Below are positions 1 through 13,281 of a stretch of DNA of 64,000 nt, in pieces. The stretch covers positions 8,412,334 to 8,476,333 of the forward strand of contig CAVNZM010000005.1 in assembly GCA_963693365.1 (NCBI GenBank), in the 5' to 3' direction. Positions within the stretch are counted from its first letter, which is position 1. Each line of letters starts with the position of its first letter. A program made the position numbers and the translations under genes. This DNA is from Amoebidium appalachense. Its lineage: Eukaryota > Protista > Ichthyosporea. The notes under the pieces were generated by a model that was not told the origin of the DNA, did no database searches, and saw only the letters and a list, made by a program, of their open reading frames with translations.

Positions 1-56
1 GGGTGGATGCACTGAGGAAAACAAACACACCTCCACCACAGAAACAGGTGGAGTAC

Positions 57-117
<61 letters not shown>

Positions 118-704
118 CACCCAACTACCTATAAAGCCTCGAGACACACCAAGGCACCCCCACCCGCACGCTTGCACACATAGACACGGTACCACAAGCA
201 CGCATTACAAACAGGCAACAACACGTGCACGCACACCCAGTGAGCCATATGCCAACAAGCACACACAGCCAAAACCACACACACCTACATATAATCTAAT
301 GCACACACAAAACTCAACCACGACATCACAAAAAAAAAAAAAGGCCTCACTACCGTCCAAAATTAAAGCACACGTGGATGCACACATGCACATACACACA
401 CCCACGCACGCCCTCACATAGACACACGCACACATATGCGTACCTACCACCCTGACTCCCTCTACCCACGTATGCATACCGTGCAACCCCTCCCAGACAC
501 CCACAGACACACGCATGCACACCGTAGCACACAAACACAAATGCACTGTGTGTGCGCTTTATCATACACGTCCTGTGTACACACGCACACACATGCACGC
601 ACGCACGCACATAAACGGACGTGAAGGAGGGTGCACACACAGACGCGCACACACACGTGTAAACACACGTGCACGCGCGCATGCAGACACACATACACAC
701 GTAC

Positions 705-799
705 CCAACACATCTTCTGATCTCCAGATCCTGGTTGGGTATGACGGGCACCACAAAGTCATCGATGGTGGTGTGCGCAGCAGCGCCCTTGGACGCCAT
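705..799 (-). CDS. Possible first coding exon of an unknown gene running off the left end (MASKGAAAHTTIDDFVVPVIPNQDLEIRRCV...)
   Basis: Non-repetitive island with ATG at 799 and a GTACGT donor at 704, followed by a microsatellite-filled intron-like stretch. No family recognised and no downstream exon resolved. Confidence 0.3.
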
Positions 800-854
800 C
801 CAAATTAAGAGAAATCTCAAACAGGCTACAAAATTTTGTTACGTGAGGGTATGT

Positions 855-1088
855 GTCACACATATAAGTGGATGAATCCTTAAGATCAAATGAGTGGGTT
901 TTGGCTATTTGGATTTGAAGAGCTGTAATGGTGCTGTGACTGTAATTTCTCTACGAGTTCTGTTCTTAAGCGTCACATATAAGTGGATGAATCCTTAAGA
1001 TCAAATGAGAGTGGGTTTTGGCTATTTGGATTTAAAGAGCTGTAATGGTGCTGTGACTGTAATTTCTCTACGAGTTCTGTTCTTAAGC
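855..1088. repeat. ~117-bp tandem duplication (2 copies)
   Basis: gtcac(ac)atataagtggatgaatcc...gttctgttcttaagc occurs at 855-971 and 972-1088 with only a few differences. Confidence 0.9.
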
Positions 1089-1748
1089 GTCAATGTGTCT
1101 GCAAACTCATAATAACCAGGTATGTTTTCTCTGCCCATAGCCTGCTGTGTATGGAGTGTGACGATGGTGACATGTCCATTTCACATGTCACATGTTCTGA
1201 CATCGGGAATTCTCAGTCTGAGCACACCAACGCAAGAGAAAACTCGACAGCACAATATCCAAGGCATGTACTTTTCCCTTCTCAGCATGCGCACTGTTAA
1301 CAGTAAAACGGAATATGATTCGTTTCAGCAAAGCAACATCTTCACAGCTCTTAGAGTGCATGGATGGAATACAAATATGTTCTGTTCTGACACCATAAGC
1401 TCAAGGTTTCAAGGGTGGCAGATCGAACGAGATCTTGCCTAGATCAAAATAAGATTTCTCGAATTTCAGAAAACTATCCAAGGGTTATCCCAGAAAGTCT
1501 CAGGACTTTTGTCGAGTTCAAAAGGCGGCAAAATGGGTCACACAGATAAATGATAGCCACACACTTTCTGGCAAGATGCTTTCACATGCAGGTTTAGAGG
1601 TTGGGTACATTGCACCCTCGTACCTTCGATTCTCCCTTTTTTTTCGCGTTAATATTGGGGGGGAAAAATTACAATGGCTTTATTGAGGTAATCTATAAAT
1701 GTACAATATCTCGTATTAGTATGTCCATGTGTGCGTGTGCGTGTGTGC

Positions 1749-1781
<33 letters not shown>

Positions 1782-2580
1782 ACGCACACGCGCGTTGCAG
1801 GGCGGGGGGAGGGGGGGGGGGGGGGGTATGAATCAAGGACATTAAAAGCGAAGCATTCGCAGAATGCAGAACAAACAACACACACACACATACACACACG
1901 AGAACACAAAATCAAGGGCAAAAAGGCGCCGGGAGGTTCTAGTGAGAAGTGTGAGATTTTGATAACACCACCAGGTGTGCATGCCAATGAAATAGAAGTA
2001 GAGGTTTGTATAAAGCCAGGACATACATGAACCTGGTCCAGGAGCACAACACGATAGCACTTGAAAACTTAAACGCGCAGCTACCTTTTCAAATGAGCTC
2101 TTATTCTCACTCTCACACACGCTTTCTCTTACACACACACACACACACTCTCTCTCTCTCTCTCCCTAAAAAGGGAAAACGGATGAAGTGAAGAGCTAGT
2201 CCTAGGGAGGCGGTGGGGGGGGGGGGGGGTGGGGGGGGTGGGGGGAGGGGGGGGGGGGGGGGGGGTAGTAACAGAAAGCAATACCCAGTTTTTGATCGTA
2301 CGGGGGAAATGTGACAGTCCGGACGAGCAAGTTCCACGCCCTTCATATTTAATTATGCAGATATACTTTCTCATAGATTATCAGGCTGCGGAAAACACAA
2401 AATGACTGCTAAATGTTCACATATTCCTATTTATGAACCTAACAGGCCGCATCCCATCGACACACAGCCACACACATCTTATCATTGAAATTGAACAACA
2501 TAAACCCAAGAAATTTGAGAGAACTTCAAGAGATAAACGTGACACTATCCACACATTTTCAAAGAGGATATATCCCTCGT

Positions 2581-3126
2581 TCACAGTTCATCCTTGCTCT
2601 TCTTTCCCTTCTTGTCTTTCTTCCCCTTTTCCTCCTTACCCTTTCCTTTACCCTTTTCTTCCTTCCCTTTTCCCTTCTCCTCTTTACCCTTACCCTTCTC
2701 TTCCTTCCCCTTACCCTTCTTTTCCTCCTTTCCCTTCACCTTCTCTTCCTTTACTTTTTCCTCCTTCACTTTTTCCTCCTTACCCTTCTTTCCCTCCTCA
2801 GCGGGAACCCCCTCCTCCTCCGTCTTCGCCTTCTTACCCTTCTTCTCTTCCTTCCCCTTTTCCTTTGTCTTTTTGCCCTCTGCAGGTGCTGCAACACCTT
2901 CCTCCTTCCCCTTCTTTTCCTCCTTTCCTGCTTTCTTTTCCTCCTTCACATCTCCCTTCTTTCCCTTCTTCTTTTTCTCCTTTGGCGCTTCCGCTTTCTC
3001 CTCTTTCGTCTCGGTGGCGGCGGCAGCAGCAGCAGCCTCGAGTTTCTTTTCTTCTTCAACAACCTGTAGGTAGGTGTATGGAGGATAGTGCACGAGCGAG
3101 GGGTTGTGTGTGTGTGTGTGTGTGTT

Positions 3127-3157
<31 letters not shown>

Positions 3158-3627
3158 TTCCATAGAAGAGACCAAAAAACCGGGGCTGAGATAGAAGGAC
3201 GACTACTCCATGTTACAGGTTGGGGTTGTCTAAGGAGGAGGTAGGAAGTCTGTGTGTGTGTGTTTGGGGGGAGGGGGGGGGAAGGGGGGGGGGGGGGAGG
3301 GAGGGAGGGAAGGAGGAGAGTCACCGGTTACGAATAAAGGAAAAACGTAGAGGGGAACGTAGAAGGGTGGTCGGTTTTAGGGGGGGGGAAGGGGAGGCAG
3401 GGCAAGGAACGGAGGTGCTCAAAGAAAGGGGACCGCCAGACGGGGTGTTCCTTTTTGGGGTGCGGGGGCCGGGAGGGGAGGGGGGGATATATGCGGAAAG
3501 GACTAGTGAACCCAGAAGACACAGTATGTATGAGCTCGCAAACAACAACCAAAACATGTGTAAGAGAGAATGTGTGTGCAAGCCTGGGCGGGTGTATTTG
3601 TCTGTGTCTGTGAATGCGCGCATGCGC

Positions 3628-3679
<52 letters not shown>

Positions 3680-4709
3680 CGTGCATGCGTGTGTGTTTGT
3701 GTGTGTGTGTGTGTGTGTGCGGAAGTGTGTGTGTGCGGAAGTGTATGTGAGTGTTTTCTCCCGGGGCAGGGGGGCGGGGGGAGGGGGGAGGGGAGGAGGG
3801 CTGGGAGGGCTTGTTCAATGATCTACTGATGTTTACGAACGAGTCAACCACAATTGTTTGCAGCCGAGAAAAAGCCGAGAAACCATACATGAGATCTGAG
3901 AAAGGAAGAGCTTTACTTATTTTATTTATTTATTTATTTATTTTATTTCTTTTTTGGTGGGGGGGAGGGAGGGGGGGGGGGGGGAGGGGGGGGGGGGGGG
4001 GGGTGGGGGGGGGGGGGGGAGGGAGGGAGGTCTGCAAACCGAACACGCAAATGTGCAAGTAGCTAATCCCACACACGCCTAAGCACCAAAAGTTGCCCAA
4101 GAAGGGACAAAAGGCCTAACGTTTCATCTATTACGACCCTCGCTTCAACACATACAAGAAAGGCACAGAAGCCTTGACACCGTCTGCTGAAAATCCACGC
4201 ACACTCCCCCTTGATGAGCTGGCCCCCTTCTACAAAACTGGATCTTCGGGCTACATCTACACCACCCACATCTCCCTTAAACCTTCCCCGTCATCAAACC
4301 GTGAACATGGACACATGAAGATGCATCTACCTGACAGTGGGATAGTGGAAAGTCCCACGCCGACCTTTTCTGGAGCGGCCATGCTCAAACAACATAATAA
4401 GGAAAAGCCAGAAGTGAACAACACAGCCAGCCCCTGCATAACACCAAAACCACGCACAACAGCATCTCACGAACAGACAAGTTTTCCAGTGACACAAATT
4501 ACACACGCTTACTCAGCTCCAAACTCCATGCAGAAACAAGTAAAAAACAGGAGATGAAATTATACCAGAGCAGCTAGCACAGCCTCCTTTGCCTCCACAA
4601 CATTCTCCGCAGCAGCTGCGGCTGATCCAGTTCCCGCCTCCTCGCCGGCGACCAATACCGCAGAAAGAGACGCAGCGGCAAAGAGAATGAGGAAACGTGA
4701 CGGCTTCAT
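2581..4709 (-). CDS. Putative ER-luminal Lys/Glu-rich protein with signal peptide and C-terminal KDEL (~208 aa; exons 4709-4566 and 3063-2581)
   Basis: Exon 1 [26 protein letters not shown]... has a hydrophobic leader and a GT donor at 4565. Exon 2 follows a CTACAG acceptor in matching phase 0 and encodes [13 protein letters not shown]...(KGKEEK)-type repeats...KKSKDEL-TGA. Extra internal exons are not excluded. Confidence 0.75.
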
Positions 4710-4991
4710 GTTTACAAAAAAAATAAATAAATAAAAATAAAGAGGGCTTCTCTGGTCTTTTTAGGGGAGGAGACTGAACTCGGCACTCACCGTCAACTGA
4801 ATAAAACAGAACAAGCCTCGACTCGCATTCATAGACTGCAGCTGAGTGTGAAATTCCTGAAAATTTCGACGGTATAACAAGCAGCCAATCAGATTGCGCT
4901 GCATATACATCTGAAGCATACCACCAGGGTTATATAAAGGCCCGTCGACTTTGCCAGTTCCACGGCCATCTAGGTGTTTCTAGATGGCCGT

Positions 4992-5471
4992 TGTAAACAG
5001 TTGGACTAGTTAGGATAAGGCAGAGTACAACTGAATCAAAATAAAGACAGAGAACGGGTAGAAAGGCACACGCGGCCAGGTTGCTTTTACTATGGGCCGA
5101 CTCAGTCTGTCTCAGACTTCACTGATGTGATCCCCGTACTGGGACGGCTTTCTTATATAGCCCCCAGGTTTCGGATCAAGGCCCAGGATTGGTTCATCCG
5201 CGGCCAGCGCGGGTGGCAACATGCCATTCGTGATTCTGGTGCGGTCCGAGCCAGTCAGACCTTTGTCCTATTTATGCAAACCTCTTATTGGTTCACTTCG
5301 TTTATGTGGTATGCAGCTGAAGAACCATATATGGTTCAATTCTTAGGTCAGAGTGAGTCCTATTGGTGCGGACATAATATTTATGTGATATTCATGACAA
5401 AGCACGAATCGTGTGCTAGTAGATCACATTCTTTAGTAAACATGTACAGTTCATGTGTACAGTTGTTTACA
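4992..5471 (-). repeat. 3' LTR of LARD-like copy 1
   Basis: Direct repeat of 8129-8608; TG...CA ends with 8-bp terminal inverted repeats; PPT adjacent. Confidence 0.95.
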
Positions 5472-8113
5472 CTCCCCCCCTTGTCGGGAGCCTGGTGGTG
5501 TCGTTAGACAAGCAAACCACCAGGCTGAGAGGCGATAAACAACCTTCAGCGAGAATTCTTGTGTGTGCCGAGCTGCTGGACAGAACAGAGCAAGGACGGT
5601 GGAATAGAGTTGTGCACGTCTATGAGCACTTCTTCATTTGCCAAAACGTAAATTCATGCAGCATTCTTCTGTGATTTCATTTTCGTGGCGAAGATTGTTG
5701 CAGAGTGTGCGTGCGAATAATTCGCTAAGCCTTCGTCTCTGTGCTTGGCTTTTCTGTAGAAGTAGTATTTTCCTTTTTGGGAATTTTTCCTTTTTAGGAT
5801 ACTCCCGCAGATTCGTTTTCAATTGCGAGTATTTGGGAATTTTTCCTTTTTAGGATACTCCCGCAGATTCGTTTTCAATTGCGAGTAATTTGGTTGTGTG
5901 GATGAATGATCATACCAAACATTCGAAAATGAATATAACTCGAGCCTTAGGTCACTTCGTAGCTCAGGTAGTGGTGGATAGCTTCAAGGCTTAGCCGCTG
6001 CTCCTTATCCCGGTTCTACCTTAAGACTGTAAGGCGAGTCACCATGGCCGGAAAAGCCACTTCTTTCATGAACAAAGAGCACTTCTTTCCTTTCAGCTTT
6101 AACCCTGCATCATCGGAGCTGGGAAAAACATGAATAAAAATGCCCCAAGTGTTCTTCGTTGGGCGACATAAAGAAATATATCAGCCCGTCAGAATTCGAA
6201 CCAGTAAAAACCCGGTTCATAATTCATAAGAAGAGGGTAGGCAAAGCAAACCTTCTTCAGAAAACACATGCTTCCATTCGTGAGCAGTTTTCGTATCCCA
6301 TTTGCCAGCCATTTTTCGTTGAGCAGGGGGATTCCAGGCATAATACATTCTTCTGGAGGCTTGGCCTAAAAAGAAAAGTCGTCAGAGTCGCCCTTTCTTT
6401 TGTAAGCAACTTCGTGAGCGCGCTTCGTATCTTCATATCCTCCAGTGCAGGTCTGGATGGTGCCCCATCCTCTGCTTCATTTGTAGGTGGCCCTACTGTA
6501 GGTTCTGTTCGTTGTGTGGAATACCAAAACCATTCGTATTCGTGGAACTGCTTTGTGCTGTGCTTGCTTTCGTGTTGGTGTTCATGTAGTTACCCCGTTC
6601 ACACACCCTACTTCTTACATACATTAGATGTAAGTAGCTGCCTGGTGAGTGTGTGGTTCGTGTTCGTGGCATTCTTCTGTTCCTTCGTGAGAAGAATATT
6701 CGTTTTAGCAGAGGTGCCCAATAAGGCAGCTTGTGGGGTTGTCTCCCGCATGTGCCCATTGGTGGGGTATGCACGTGCTAAATTGTTACAGTGTCATCAT
6801 ATTGCAAGGGAATAACATGGTCACCTCCGTACCAGGGCCTAGTAGGTACACATGATGGTCCGATGTGTTAGTCAACAACACCTTGCATTCGTATTCGTAT
6901 TTGTCTTCCACGTCACTTTCTTCAGTAGTGAAGGAGGGTATTCGTAATTCGAAACTGAAAGGCTTCCAGCCAAAATACTGACACTGTATGATGGGGTTGT
7001 GAGGGAGCGGTGCCCATACCACATTCTTTTGTTCTGGTGGGGGTGTGCCGGCAGCTAGTGCAAGGCTTGACAGTGTAATTGGTATGTTACACCGTATTGC
7101 CACAGACGGGCATTCACCTTAAAATTCGTACCCAACACCTTCTTTGTTTTTCACATGCATGAACAAAAGTTCTGCATCGACTTTATTACATGCCTTTTGT
7201 GCACCAAGAGTGCAAATTCGTTAGGGCGTGGCACCAGGAAGGGCCGCCATACATGAGTCAGGCATATGTTCGTAATGTGTTTAGGCATGCCAGCATACAT
7301 TCATGCGCATGTTGTGCATCCTGGGCGCTAAACTATGGCGCATGCTGTATTCGAGAACAGCAAGGGATTCGAAGCATGCATGCAACACTACTTTCATAAG
7401 ATCTTAGGTCCTACATGCTATAGCAACAGCGACTATCTTCTTCGTTAAGTGCATTTGTGCTGAAAGTGGCCGTGCATCTGGCTTGCGAGTGTGGACGTGC
7501 ATGCGGTGGCATGGACACGATGGCAGTGTGCAATAGGGCAATGCACGCAAGGGCAACGGTTTTATTTTCTTCCTAACATAGAGGGGGCTGTGTGCATTGC
7601 AACCCAAGCAGTGTTGTGCATTCGTCCTTTCATTTTCGTATTTCCATTTCATTTTGCTTTCGTTTTTCGTTTTTTGTCGTTTGATAACTTCGTTACTTTG
7701 TTTTGTTTTGTGTTGCATTCATTCGTATTTCCTCTATGCATTCGCTTGTCGTTAATTCTTTATTTCATTGCGTATTCGTGATGGTTCGTTTTTCGTTGGT
7801 TCATTGCTTCGTTAGCAATTCTTTATTCGTTTGTTCGTGTATTCGTTGTTTCGTTGTGTATTCGTTTTTCTTCACATTTTTGATGTGTCGTAGCAAAAGA
7901 AGTTTTACATGCTTTCAATTCTTTCCGTGTAGGTGGGCTGGCCACTTCAAACTTGTCGGTGTATATATTCTAAGCCGGACAAGGAAAGATGTGCCTATCA
8001 TCGGGGTAATAAGGATTGTGATCGGCCATGGGAGATTCTTGAGCTGATTGAAAGATGTGAGATTCTTGAACTGATTGAAAGATGTGAGATTCGAAGGATG
8101 CGAGATTCTTGAA

Positions 8114-8127
8114 CTGCGCGGTCGCCA
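8114..8127 (-). promoter_or_regulatory. Primer-binding site, probably tRNA-Arg
   Basis: TGGCGACCGCG lies 1 nt after the LTR and is complementary to a tRNA 3' end ...CGCGGUCG-CCA, as in tRNA-Arg genes with a GACCGCG acceptor stem. The tRNA identity is an inference. Confidence 0.7.
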
Positions 8128-8128
8128 A

Positions 8129-8608
8129 TGTAAACAGTTGGACTAGTTAGGATAAGGCAGAGTACAACTGAATCAAAATAAAGACAGAGAACGGGTAGAA
8201 AGGCACACGCGGCCAGGTTGCTTTTACTATGGGCCGACTCAGTCTGTCTCAGACTTCACTGATGTGATCCCCGTACTGGGACGGCTTTCTTATATAGCCC
8301 CCAGGTTTCGGATCAAGGCCCAGGATTGGTTCATCCGCGGCCAGCGCGGGTGGCAACATGCCATTCGTGATTCTGGTGCGGTCCGAGCCAGTCAGACCTT
8401 TGTCCTATTTATGCAAACCTCTTATTGGTTCACTTCGTTTATGTGGTATGCAGCGGAAGAACCATATATGGTTCAATTCTTAGGTCAGAGTGAGTCCTAT
8501 TGGTGCGGACATAATATTTATGTGATATTCATGACAAAGCACGAATCGTGTGCTAGTAGATCACATTCTTTAGTAAACATGTACAGTTCATGTGTACAGT
8601 TGTTTACA
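8129..8608 (-). repeat. 5' LTR of LARD-like copy 1
   Basis: Direct repeat of 4992-5471; PBS adjacent. Confidence 0.95.
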
Positions 8609-9519
8609 GCCGTGCGAGTGGCTCACACGCTGTGCAGTACAGCGGCCAACGCAGTTTGTTGCCGTTTTTCACTTTTTTACGGCTGAAAACCGGCAAAAGC
8701 GCGTCCTTCCTGTGTCGCAAAAAGACAAACAACCATAGGTCAAATTTTGCACATAAGCTTGTAAGCCAATGACCTTGGGGTTTACCAAGTTTCAACTCGA
8801 TCTGACATTGGTTCGGTTCGTGTGACGCCAGATTGCCAGATTGCCAGATTTTTTAGGGTGCCAAATTTTGTTTAAAAAGCCTTCGCCAATTTGCGGTTCG
8901 TGTAGCTCGATGATTTTAGCAAAATCTGCGTAAAAATCACGGGGAAAATTCATGTTCGTGTTCTTCGTCTCGTTTTACACGCAGCCTTTTTCGGTGGCAA
9001 GGGGTTTTGTTGACCTTTTATGGGTCTCGTTTTTATGGAAGAGCAACTTTGGAATGCTGACGTGCGTATAAAAAGCATTCATTCTACATTCGCTGCTTCT
9101 CATATGTAACTGTGTCTATTTTGTTAGTTTTGCAGACTGTTGAAGGAAGTAACTTTCCGTGTCCGTCTTTCAACCATTTCGTTTCTAAAACATTGGGCGG
9201 AGAGAAAGTATAGGACGCATGAGGGCTAGCCTGTTCACATAAAAGTTTTATGGAGCTGTTTCGGCTTTTTATTGGCCGGGGGTATTCGAAGGCTTTCTAA
9301 CGCGCGTAGTTGACAGTTTGACAGGCCGAAAAGAACGCACTCTTTGCACCATTCTTGCATCTTTCGGGTTGTTTCCTGTCAAGTACGCTGTTTTTTGTCA
9401 TGCCTATAGCAGTATAGCGGGAAGAGTGGGCACTTATTCAGTCTCTCTTTTTTCTTTCTTTCCCTCCCCCCCTACTCACCCCGCCTCCCTCACCACACCA
9501 CCATCACCACGACCACCTC

Positions 9520-10274
9520 ACAGACACACCCACACACACCCACACACTAATGCACGCACGCACGCACGAGGACAATTGCACACTGACGCACGCCCGCACG
9601 CACTCGCGCCCGCCCGCCCACCCGCACGCAACACGCAAGCACGCACGCACACACGCACGCCCGCCCGCACGCACAAAGGCACGCACACACTGACGCACGC
9701 CCGCACGCACGCGCGCGCGCGCGCCCGCCCGCCCGCAACCACGCACGCACGCACACACACACACACACATGCACGCACACACGAAAGCACGCACGCACAT
9801 ACGCACAGACGCGCGGACGCACGGACGCACGCACGCACGCACACACACACACACACACCACATACACACACAAACACACACACACACGCACACACACACA
9901 CACACACATACACGTAGTAAGCACGCTCGCACGGACGCACGCACGCACGCACGCACACACGCACGCACGCACGCACCCATCCACCCACACACGCAAGCAC
10001 GCACGCATGCAGGCAACCAGGTACGCACGCACGCACGCACGCACACACGCACACACATACCCATACAAAGCGCACATGCACACACACGCACGCGCTCCCA
10101 CACCCCCACTGGCACACATTCCGACCCACCGACACCCCACACACCCACACACTCCACCCCGTACTTGGGTGAGGTCCCCGTGCATTCTACACTTGAAAGA
10201 CCACCACGGAGCTAATCGTACGGCGAAGGGCCCAGGAGAGGGGAGGGGGGGCATGTAAGTGCGTGTGTGCGCGC

Positions 10275-10366
<92 letters not shown>

Positions 10367-10424
10367 GTGCGTATGTATGCGCACGCACGAGCATGCGCGT
10401 GCGTGTGTGTGTGTGTGTGTGTGA

Positions 10425-10458
<34 letters not shown>

Positions 10459-10480
10459 GTTGGTTTGTGTGTGTGTGTGT

Positions 10481-10539
<59 letters not shown>

Positions 10540-10543
10540 TCAA

Positions 10544-10576
<33 letters not shown>

Positions 10577-11300
10577 ACAGTATGTGTGTGTTTGTGTGTG
10601 TGTGTGTGTATGTATCGTGTTTGTGTGTGGAAAGGGGGGGGGGGGGGGTGTATGTGTGTGTGCGTGTGTGTGTGTGTCTGTGTGTGTGTGTGTCTCAGAG
10701 TGAGCTTGTGTGTCACAGGCTGTGGCACGGGGTGTGTGTGTGTGTGTGTGTGTGTGTGCATGTGTGTGTGCGTGTGTGTGTGTGGGCGGGTGGGTGCCCA
10801 CATCACGCGTGCACACGTACGAGTGTTTGTGTATGTGTGCATGCGCGCGCGCGGGCTTGTGTGTGTGTGTGTGCTCGCGTGTGCTTATGTGCGCGTGTGC
10901 GCGTATTGAAGGGTGTGTGTGTGCACGTGTGAGATAAACTAGAGGCCTGTTAGGACAGAGAGAAAGAGACAGAGAGAGAGAAGGACAGGGAGGGAGGGAG
11001 AGTCGGAGAGAGAGAGAGTGTGTGTGTGTGAATACGTGTGTGTGTGTATGCGCGCGTGCACGCATGCGCGCAGGTGGATGTCACGGCGTGTGTGTGTGTA
11101 TGTGTGCGTGTGTGTTCGTGTGTGCTCGCGTGCACGCATTAAGGCATGGTGAGTGTGTGGGTGTGTGGGTGCGTGTGTGTGTGTGTGTCTGAGTGTGTCT
11201 GTGTGTGTGTGCTGCGCTCGCAAGCTTGTATGTGGTTGTGTGTGCGGGTTTGGGTTTGCGTGGATGCATGGGTGCACATGTGCGTTTGAGCCTGTGTTGG
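9520..11300. repeat. Compound microsatellite block: (CA)/(CACG)n followed by (TG)n
   Basis: Directly visible low-complexity tracts; the two halves are broadly complementary. Confidence 0.9.
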
Positions 11301-13226
11301 CATGCATGCATGCTTAGCCAATGAAAGATGCACGGAGACAGTGGGAGAGACACAAGGCCAAAAGTGGAATGACTGTGTCTGGCGCATCCTTACCACAAAC
11401 GGGACCAAGGCGTTTCCTCGATTTTGGGATGGAGTAAAGAGGGTCGAGTTAGGCAGTACGCAGGCGTGTGATCCAGAGCGGTTGCGTTTATGGACGTATA
11501 GGCCAAAAATGCGGCGGAGTAACACGTTAGGAGCAATATAGTAGCCACAACCCGCCGGTGGTGTTCATCTGGGTCGCCCATTTTCCCGTCTCAAGAGAGA
11601 CCCTACAAAGAAAAGACAAAGGGCAAGGTACAGACGAGGGCGAAAGAGAGTTATCCGCAAATAAAAATACAAATAAATCGGATGAAAGGAAGAGGGAATA
11701 GTCTCTTTTGTCAACACTACGGTTGTGACAGGTATCGTTTTGTCGTTTTGTCGTACGCTGTGTCACACGGCCAAGCAGCCTTTGTGGAGGCACCTGCTGA
11801 TTGGTTACGCTTGCATTCTGGCGGCCTGGGTTACCCAATCCCTGCACGGCCGTCATCTGGAAACCCCCCCCCCCCCCCCCTTTCTAAAATCCGGCATCTG
11901 GAAAGGGGGTGGATAAATTCTGGCATTAATACGAAATTTAGTTTTATAATGGCTCGATCCGAATGGCTGAAATTTACCGGTAAAAAAAAATCTAACAATC
12001 TCTGGCAATCTGGCTTGTCACACGTTGTCACGCTACAGTGTCACCAATTTTCGGGTCGCACCTCAAACCAAGAAAAGGTACCCTCGCTTTTGTGAGCTTT
12101 GCCAAAAAACCCAATGTCAGAATTGATTGAAAATTTACAGAATAAGAGTTTACATATATATTTAGTACGTAGCAAATTTTGGTGGAAAACTGTTAGAGAC
12201 TTCTCTCTCCACAATTTCTCAAATTATATGCAAAATGTTCGGGTCGGGGACTTTTGGCCCGATTTGCCGGCCCGGCCGGGCGGGCCATCATAGCGAACCG
12301 GCCGACGTGTGGATACGCGGTTGCCATGAAAAGTAGGCCGCACCCCCTTGTGGAATGCAGAATAGCCTTTTTTGGTTAAAATGTCATTAAAATGTCATTA
12401 TCCCGGGAATGTTAATCGCGTTAGACGGCCTGGTGTTTCTAAGTCCCGTGTTCGAACCTCAGTGAAAGAGGTGGTTCACTGTGACATACATGCGAACATG
12501 TGAGCACATAGTGCACCCATTCTGCCGTGAGGTGCGAGCACAAATACCGGACAAGTTTGCTGTCACAAAGTTTCATCTCGCTTGACCTGATGGATGATCC
12601 TTCTCTCATGCTACAGGCATCATGTGACCATGGCGCAATGTTACCATGCCAAGGGCATGCACATGGATTGCACCAGATGCAAACAATGAACTCACTGACG
12701 TTTGCTCATAGCAACGTTCACATTTCAGCAATGTGGCAACGGAGGTCAATCCTTTGCTCCTTTAAATCAATATCTGGCTGGTGACCTGCACCAGATTCTC
12801 AGTGCCTTACAGATAGCGTAAGTGCCACGTTCGAAATGGCCCAGACTTAAAGCGAACCGTGACTTGTTTAGCATAACCATAGGTATCTATTTACTACTTG
12901 GTAGGATAAGCAATACCACAACTCAAATATCGGGTACTTTGATAAACCTGAAAGATACATAGAGATACTTAGCAATTAGCTTGACCCTTCTAAATCATTC
13001 TTCTTTCACAGCTAGACGAACTCATTTATGGGCAATAGCATATTATAATGGGCATAGTAATTGAATTCAATCCCTTTACATTTTAAATACTAAGAAGTAA
13101 AGATAGAGCCTTCGTGGATGCCTGCCACGTAGCAGGTTATATTTGTGGCCTAGCATATATGTAATATCTAAATACATCATGCAAATTTTGCCATCTAGTC
13201 TGATCTTACATTTGCCCCCCCCCCTC

Positions 13227-13281
<55 letters not shown>

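Larger units (their letters stand above)
4992..8608 (-). mobile_element. Non-autonomous LTR retrotransposon (LARD-like), copy 1
   Basis: 480-bp LTRs at 4992-5471 and 8129-8608 (TGTAAACA...TGTTTACA, one substitution seen at 5318/8455). 5-bp TSD GCCGT at 4987-4991 and 8609-8613. PBS TGGCGACCGCGCAG next to the right LTR and [14 protein letters not shown] next to the left LTR, both on the minus strand. Internal 2.66 kb has no intact ORF. Confidence 0.95.
4983..12431. mobile_element. Candidate non-autonomous DNA transposon hosting LARD copy 1 (boundaries uncertain)
   Basis: 10-bp direct repeat GGTGTTTCTA at 4973-4982 and 12432-12441. Weak termini (gatGGCCGT / ACGGCCt). Inverted subterminal motif cgtgtgac..gccagattgccaga..agattttt at ~8819-8855 and ~11982-12024. 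No transposase recognised. Confidence 0.3.

Noticed and set aside
5127-5507. Four-copy ORF MIPVLGRLSYIAPRF...
   Set aside because: It lies within the LTR, antisense to the element, starts at GTG and has no recognisable domain; its recurrence only reflects LTR duplication.
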